A DNA stretch of 2,016 nucleotides, taken from IMG/VR virus record IMGVR_UViG_2061766007_002858; one strand, written 5' to 3'. The position numbers and the translations under genes were made by a program. The notes under the pieces were generated by a model. The model worked only from the letters and a program-made list of their open reading frames with translations. It searched no databases and was not told where the DNA came from. Origin of the DNA: an uncultured virus (IMG/VR IMGVR_UViG_2061766007_002858). Taxonomy: Duplodnaviria > Heunggongvirae > Uroviricota > Caudoviricetes. Positions 1 through 2,016 of this stretch are shown one piece after another; the stretch's first letter is position 1, and each line of letters starts with the position of its first letter.

Positions 1-1
1 C

Positions 2-280
2 CACAATCCGGGCACGGTTCCGGCATGGCCGAAATTCACGCTGTACGGCAGTGGAACGATCACCCTGATCACCTATAGCGGTGCGGTCGTGTTGAGCGGA
101 ATCGGCAACGGCATCGTGCTGGACTGGGAGGCGCAGGAGTGTACCAGCCTGGACGGCGGCCAGCTGTTGAATGATAAGGTGGATGGTAACCCGCAATACC
201 TGCCGCCTGGCGATAGCGTTATCAGTTGGACTGGGACGGTGGCCAGACTGGTCGTAACGCCGAATTGGCGGTTTTTATAA
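2..280 (+). CDS. Phage distal tail protein (Dit-like siphovirus tail component), C-terminal part; 5' end outside window
   Basis: Frame 2 is open from base 2 to TAA at 278-280, extending the listed 89..280 ORF: HNPGTVPAWPKFTLYGSGTITLITYSGAVVLSGIGNGIVLDWEAQECTSLDGGQLLNDKVDGNPQYLPPGDSVISWTGTVARLVVTPNWRFL*. The pattern NPGT..P...YGSG.I.L...LN....G.P.L.PG...ISW.G.V....TP.WR.L resembles the C-terminus of Dit proteins from Bacillota siphophages (recognised by eye, no search run). GC ~59% by hand count. Confidence 0.8.
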   Translation, partial: HNPGTVPAWPKFTLYGSGTITLITYSGAVVLSGIGNGIVLDWEAQECTSLDGGQLLNDKVDGNPQYLPPGDSVISWTGTVARLVVTPNWRFL

Positions 281-291
281 CGCTTGCTACC

Positions 292-320
292 TTCCGAAAA
301 TCTCTGAGTTTTGCTATAAT
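292..320 (+). promoter_or_regulatory. Sigma70/SigA-type promoter with extended -10 driving the hydrolase cassette
   Basis: TGcTATAAT at 312-320 (perfect TATAAT at 315-320 plus TGn extension). A weak -35 (TTCCGA, 292-297, 3/6 match to TTGACA) lies at exactly 17 bp spacing. It sits in an AT-richer intergenic region (~41% GC over 281-380). Predicted TSS about 326-327. Confidence 0.7.
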
Positions 321-356
321 TGGTTTGGGCCAATAGCTCAACAACTCGGAATTTGC

Positions 357-362
357 GGAGGT
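357..362 (+). promoter_or_regulatory. Shine-Dalgarno sequence for the hydrolase gene
   Basis: GGAGGT at 357-362. It is 15 nt upstream of ATG 378, longer than usual, so the assignment is not certain. Confidence 0.5.
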
Positions 363-377
363 ATATTATATATTCCC

Positions 378-1112
378 ATGAAAACGAACGAAAACAAACG
401 TCGCATGCGCAAAAAAACATTGCTGCTTATACCCGTGTTTGCTATTGCCGCGTTGTGCATAGCGTTTCTGATTTATACGGAGCAATACTACCGCGCGGAG
501 GAATCAGCCCTCACCGCATTGAAATCCGACGAATCTGTCATCGTCACGCAAAAGGAATACGGCTGGTTTTTCGATGGACCATCCGAGACTGACGCGCTCA
601 TCTTCTATCCCGGGGCCAAGGTGGAGGAAACCGCATACGCCCCGCTGCTTCATCGGCTTGCCGAACAGGGGATGGATATCTGCCTTGTCCGGATGCCGTT
701 TCGTCTGGCGATATTTGGCGCAAACAAAGCGGATCAGGCAATAGCGCAGCATGACTACGAGCATTGGTATATCGGCGGGCATTCTCTTGGAGGCGCGATG
801 GCTGCCAGCTACGTGGCGACCCACAGTTCACAGCTATCGGGTGTTTTTATGCTTGCGGCATATCCAACAAAGCCTTTGGCTGAAAATATGAAAGCATTGA
901 TTATCTACGGATCTGAAGACGGCGTGCTCAATATGTCAAAACTTGAGGAGACTGTCAGGTATCTTCCAGACGGCGGTGAGGTGTATGTTATTGAAGGCGG
1001 AAATCACGCGCAGTTTGGCAATTACGGAATGCAAGCAGGCGACGGAGATGCTGTTATCTCTTCCGAGGAGCAGCAACGAAGGACTGCTGAACGGATTTTT
1101 ATGAACAAATAG
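378..1112 (+). CDS. Alpha/beta-fold hydrolase (esterase/lipase-like, Abhydrolase_5 type) with N-terminal membrane anchor or signal peptide, 244 aa
   Basis: Nucleophile elbow GGHSLGG (Ser136, codon 783-785), acid in GSEDGV (Asp181, 918-920), His in IEGGNHAQFGNYG (His210, 1005-1007), and oxyanion-region motif LIFYPGAKV. A basic N-terminus (KRRMRKK) precedes a hydrophobic stretch at residues 15-33 (LLLIPVFAIAALCIAFLIY). An alternative ATG lies at 405. GC ~50% by hand count. Confidence 0.92.
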   Translation: MKTNENKRRMRKKTLLLIPVFAIAALCIAFLIYTEQYYRAEESALTALKSDESVIVTQKEYGWFFDGPSETDALIFYPGAKVEETAYAPLLHRLAEQGMDICLVRMPFRLAIFGANKADQAIAQHDYEHWYIGGHSLGGAMAASYVATHSSQLSGVFMLAAYPTKPLAENMKALIIYGSEDGVLNMSKLEETVRYLPDGGEVYVIEGGNHAQFGNYGMQAGDGDAVISSEEQQRRTAERIFMNK

Positions 1113-1148
1113 ACAAATTCCAGGTTGTCGAGATGAATATGATCCATT

Positions 1149-1177
1149 GAGCGTCTCTTCGGAGGCGCTTTCATTTT
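1149..1177 (+). terminator. Intrinsic (Rho-independent) terminator closing the hydrolase cassette
   Basis: Stem GAGCGTCTC (1149-1157) / GAGGCGCTT (1162-1170), 9 pairs including two G-U, around a TTCG loop (cUUCGg tetraloop). It runs into an interrupted T tract (TTTCATTTT, 1169-1177) and starts 36 nt after the hydrolase stop. Confidence 0.75.
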
Positions 1178-1184
1178 GCCTTGC

Positions 1185-1196
1185 GGGAGGAGGTGA
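1185..1196 (+). promoter_or_regulatory. Strong Shine-Dalgarno for the next tail gene
   Basis: GGGAGGAGGTGA at 1185-1196, 6 nt before GTG at 1203. Confidence 0.8.
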
Positions 1197-1202
1197 CCGC
1201 CT

Positions 1203-1231
1203 GTGATCTGCATTTATGAAGCCAACGAAAC
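1203..1231 (+). CDS. N-terminus of a probable phage tail endopeptidase/spike (Tal-like) protein, truncated by scaffold gap
   Basis: GTG start with strong RBS, reading MICIYEANE(T). This resembles the MI.(I/V/L)Y....T.F..NGLG.L N-termini of Bacillota prophage tail endopeptidase proteins, and Tal normally follows Dit. Only ~10 codons are visible, so the product call leans on synteny. Confidence 0.55.
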
Positions 1232-1241
1232 NNNNNNNNNN
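1232..1241. other. Scaffold gap (10 N)
   Basis: Run of 10 N. True gap size and adjacency are unknown. Confidence 0.99.
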
Positions 1242-1391
1242 CTCGCGGATGTTGAACCTTTCCCCGAGGCGCTCTATGTATTTCTCGATGAAACCGTAAT
1301 GCACCACGTTGCCCTCGGTTGTCATGAGATAACCCTGCCGTTCCCACAGGTCGTAAGGCACATGGTCACGGCGGACGCGAAGGTCCAGCGT
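1242..1391 (-). CDS. terL: Terminase large subunit, internal 50-codon fragment of a second allele (bounded by gaps on both sides)
   Basis: Translates TLDLRVRRDHVPYDLWERQGYLMTTEGNVVHYGFIEKYIERLGERFNIRE. It matches 44/49 aa of the end of the 1402-2016 fragment and has no stops or frameshifts. Confidence 0.88.
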
Positions 1392-1548
1392 NNNNNNNNN
1401 NACGGATGTTGAACCGCTCGCCCAGCCTGCCGATGAACTGTTCGATAAACCCGTAATGGATCACGTTGCCCTCGGTCGTCATGAGGTGGCCCTGTCGCTC
1501 CCACAGGTCGTAAGGCACATGGTCACGGCGGACGCGAAGGTCCAGCGT
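1245..1548. repeat. Apparent divergent direct repeat: 1245-1391 vs 1402-1548 (147 bp, offset 157)
   Basis: Ungapped hand alignment shows 24 mismatches in 147 nt (~84% identity). All mismatches fall in 1245-1341; the last 50 nt (1342-1391 = 1499-1548) are identical. Confidence 0.95.
1392..1401. other. Scaffold gap (10 N)
   Basis: Run of 10 N. True gap size and adjacency are unknown. Confidence 0.99.
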
Positions 1549-2016
1549 ATCCTCCGGCACCCAGAAGTACGGCAGCAGGATATAGCGGTCATCCTCATCG
1601 GACGGCGGGAACACCAGCACAAATGCCGTGATGTCCGTGGTGGAGGACAGATCCAATCCTCCGTAGCAGACGCGCCCTTCGAGGTCATCCTCATTTACGG
1701 GGAATGCGCAGGCATCCCATTTCTCCATGGGCATCCAGCGCACGGCCTGTTTGACCCACTGGTTGAGGCGCAGCTGGCGGAAGGAATTCTCCTCGCCGGG
1801 ATTCTGCCGTGCCGATTCGCAGGCGGCCACCACCTTGTCTATGCCTATGGTCTCGCCCAGGGAGGGATTGGCCTTCTTCCAGACCTTGGGATCCGTCCAG
1901 TCCTCTGTATCGGACGCACCGTAGATGACGGGATAAAAAGTCGGATCGATCTTTCTGCCCTCCAGGATGTCCATCGCCTTCTGGTGGGTCTCATAGCAGA
2001 TGCTGTGTGTGTCAGT
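1402..2016 (-). CDS. terL: Phage terminase large subunit (Terminase_1 / HK97-D3-like family), internal fragment covering the end of the ATPase region and the start of the nuclease domain; partial at both ends
   Basis: The frame is open from the window end (TDTHSICYETHQKAMDILEGRKIDPTFYPVIYGA...), so Met at 1974 is internal. Family motifs include DW.DPKVWKKANPSLG, FRQLRLNQWV, WMPMEKWDAC, the RNase H-like catalytic strand CYGGLDLSSTTDITAFVLVFPP, and DHVPYDLW. GC ~59% by hand count. Confidence 0.93.

Larger units (their letters stand above)
288..363 (+). repeat. Long imperfect inverted repeat / RNA hairpin overlapping the promoter and the Shine-Dalgarno of the hydrolase
   Basis: Left arm 288-323 is taccttccgaaaatctctgagttttgctataattgg. 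The reverse complement of the right arm 330-363 is tacctccgcaaattccgagttgttgagctattgg. Hand pairing gives about 30 bp; the outer part (288-312/340-363) has 22 pairs, three 1-nt bulges and one mismatch. Loop is 324-329. Confidence 0.7.
1..2016. mobile_element. Prophage / siphophage-derived sequence (tail module and packaging gene fragments)
   Basis: Dit-like, Tal-like and TerL coding sequences are present. No integrase or att site is visible, and the pieces may come from more than one element. Confidence 0.85.

Noticed and set aside
275..370. Integron attC site (bulged long hairpin right after a stop codon, TAAC)
   Set aside because: TTATAAC does not fit RYYYAAC, there is no matching GTTRRRY at the distal end (GTATATT), and no second cassette or integrase is visible.
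411..417. A7 tract as a phase-variation or frameshift site
   Set aside because: It is short, explained by Lys-Lys-Thr codons, and the frame is intact.
378..476. Lipoprotein lipobox (AALC) or Tat signal (KRRMRKK) in the hydrolase
   Set aside because: Leu at -1 does not fit [LVI][ASTVI][GAS]C and hydrophobic residues continue after the Cys. The RR lacks the S/T-R-R-x-F-L-K context.
1112..1129. Small hairpin GACAA-N8-TTGTC at the hydrolase stop
   Set aside because: Only 5 bp with no U tract, which is expected by chance.
936..1361. 141-aa minus-strand ORF suggesting a terminase fusion
   Set aside because: It reads through the N gap. Only the part within 1242-1391 is terminase; the rest is antisense to the hydrolase and terminator.
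1203..1412. 69-aa plus-strand ORF as a complete gene
   Set aside because: It spans both gaps. After 1241 it is just the antisense frame of terL, so only 1203-1231 is credible.
1245..1548. Diversity-generating retroelement TR/VR pair
   Set aside because: Mismatches are not adenine-specific on either strand (several C/G differences, e.g. GGG/GGC, CTC/CTG) and are mostly synonymous. The target is mid-terminase and no reverse transcriptase is present.
1342..1548. CRISPR repeat or att-site duplication (identical 50-mer twice)
   Set aside because: Only two copies exist, both embedded in homologous terL coding sequence, with no unique spacers and no integrase.
73..1924. Other listed ORFs (73-420, 320-592, 504-824, 598-831, 1022-1213, 1322-1504, 1479-1694, 1727-1924)
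   Set aside because: These are shadow or alternative-frame ORFs overlapping well-supported genes, with no recognisable motifs. The 1366 end given for the terL ORF is also a gap read-through artefact.

Overview
Prophage-derived window, probably from a high-GC Bacillota/Clostridia host (inferred from protein style and strong GGAGG(TGA) ribosome-binding sites). Two 10-N scaffold gaps (1232-1241, 1392-1401) split it into three pieces. Piece 1 (1-1231, + strand) holds the 3' end of a siphophage distal-tail (Dit-like) gene, then a self-contained moron-like cassette (extended -10 promoter, membrane-anchored alpha/beta hydrolase with intact Ser-Asp-His triad, cUUCGg terminator), then the RBS and first ~10 codons of a probable tail endopeptidase/spike (Tal-like) gene. 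Pieces 2 (1242-1391) and 3 (1402-2016) are - strand fragments of a terminase large subunit. Piece 2 is a divergent second allele (~84% nt identity) of part of piece 3, and its placement is probably an assembly artefact. The most interesting signal is a ~76-nt imperfect inverted repeat (288-363). Its left arm carries the cassette promoter and an anti-Shine-Dalgarno, the predicted transcription start lies in its loop, and its right arm carries the hydrolase SD. This layout could make translation of the cargo gene depend on which promoter made the transcript.
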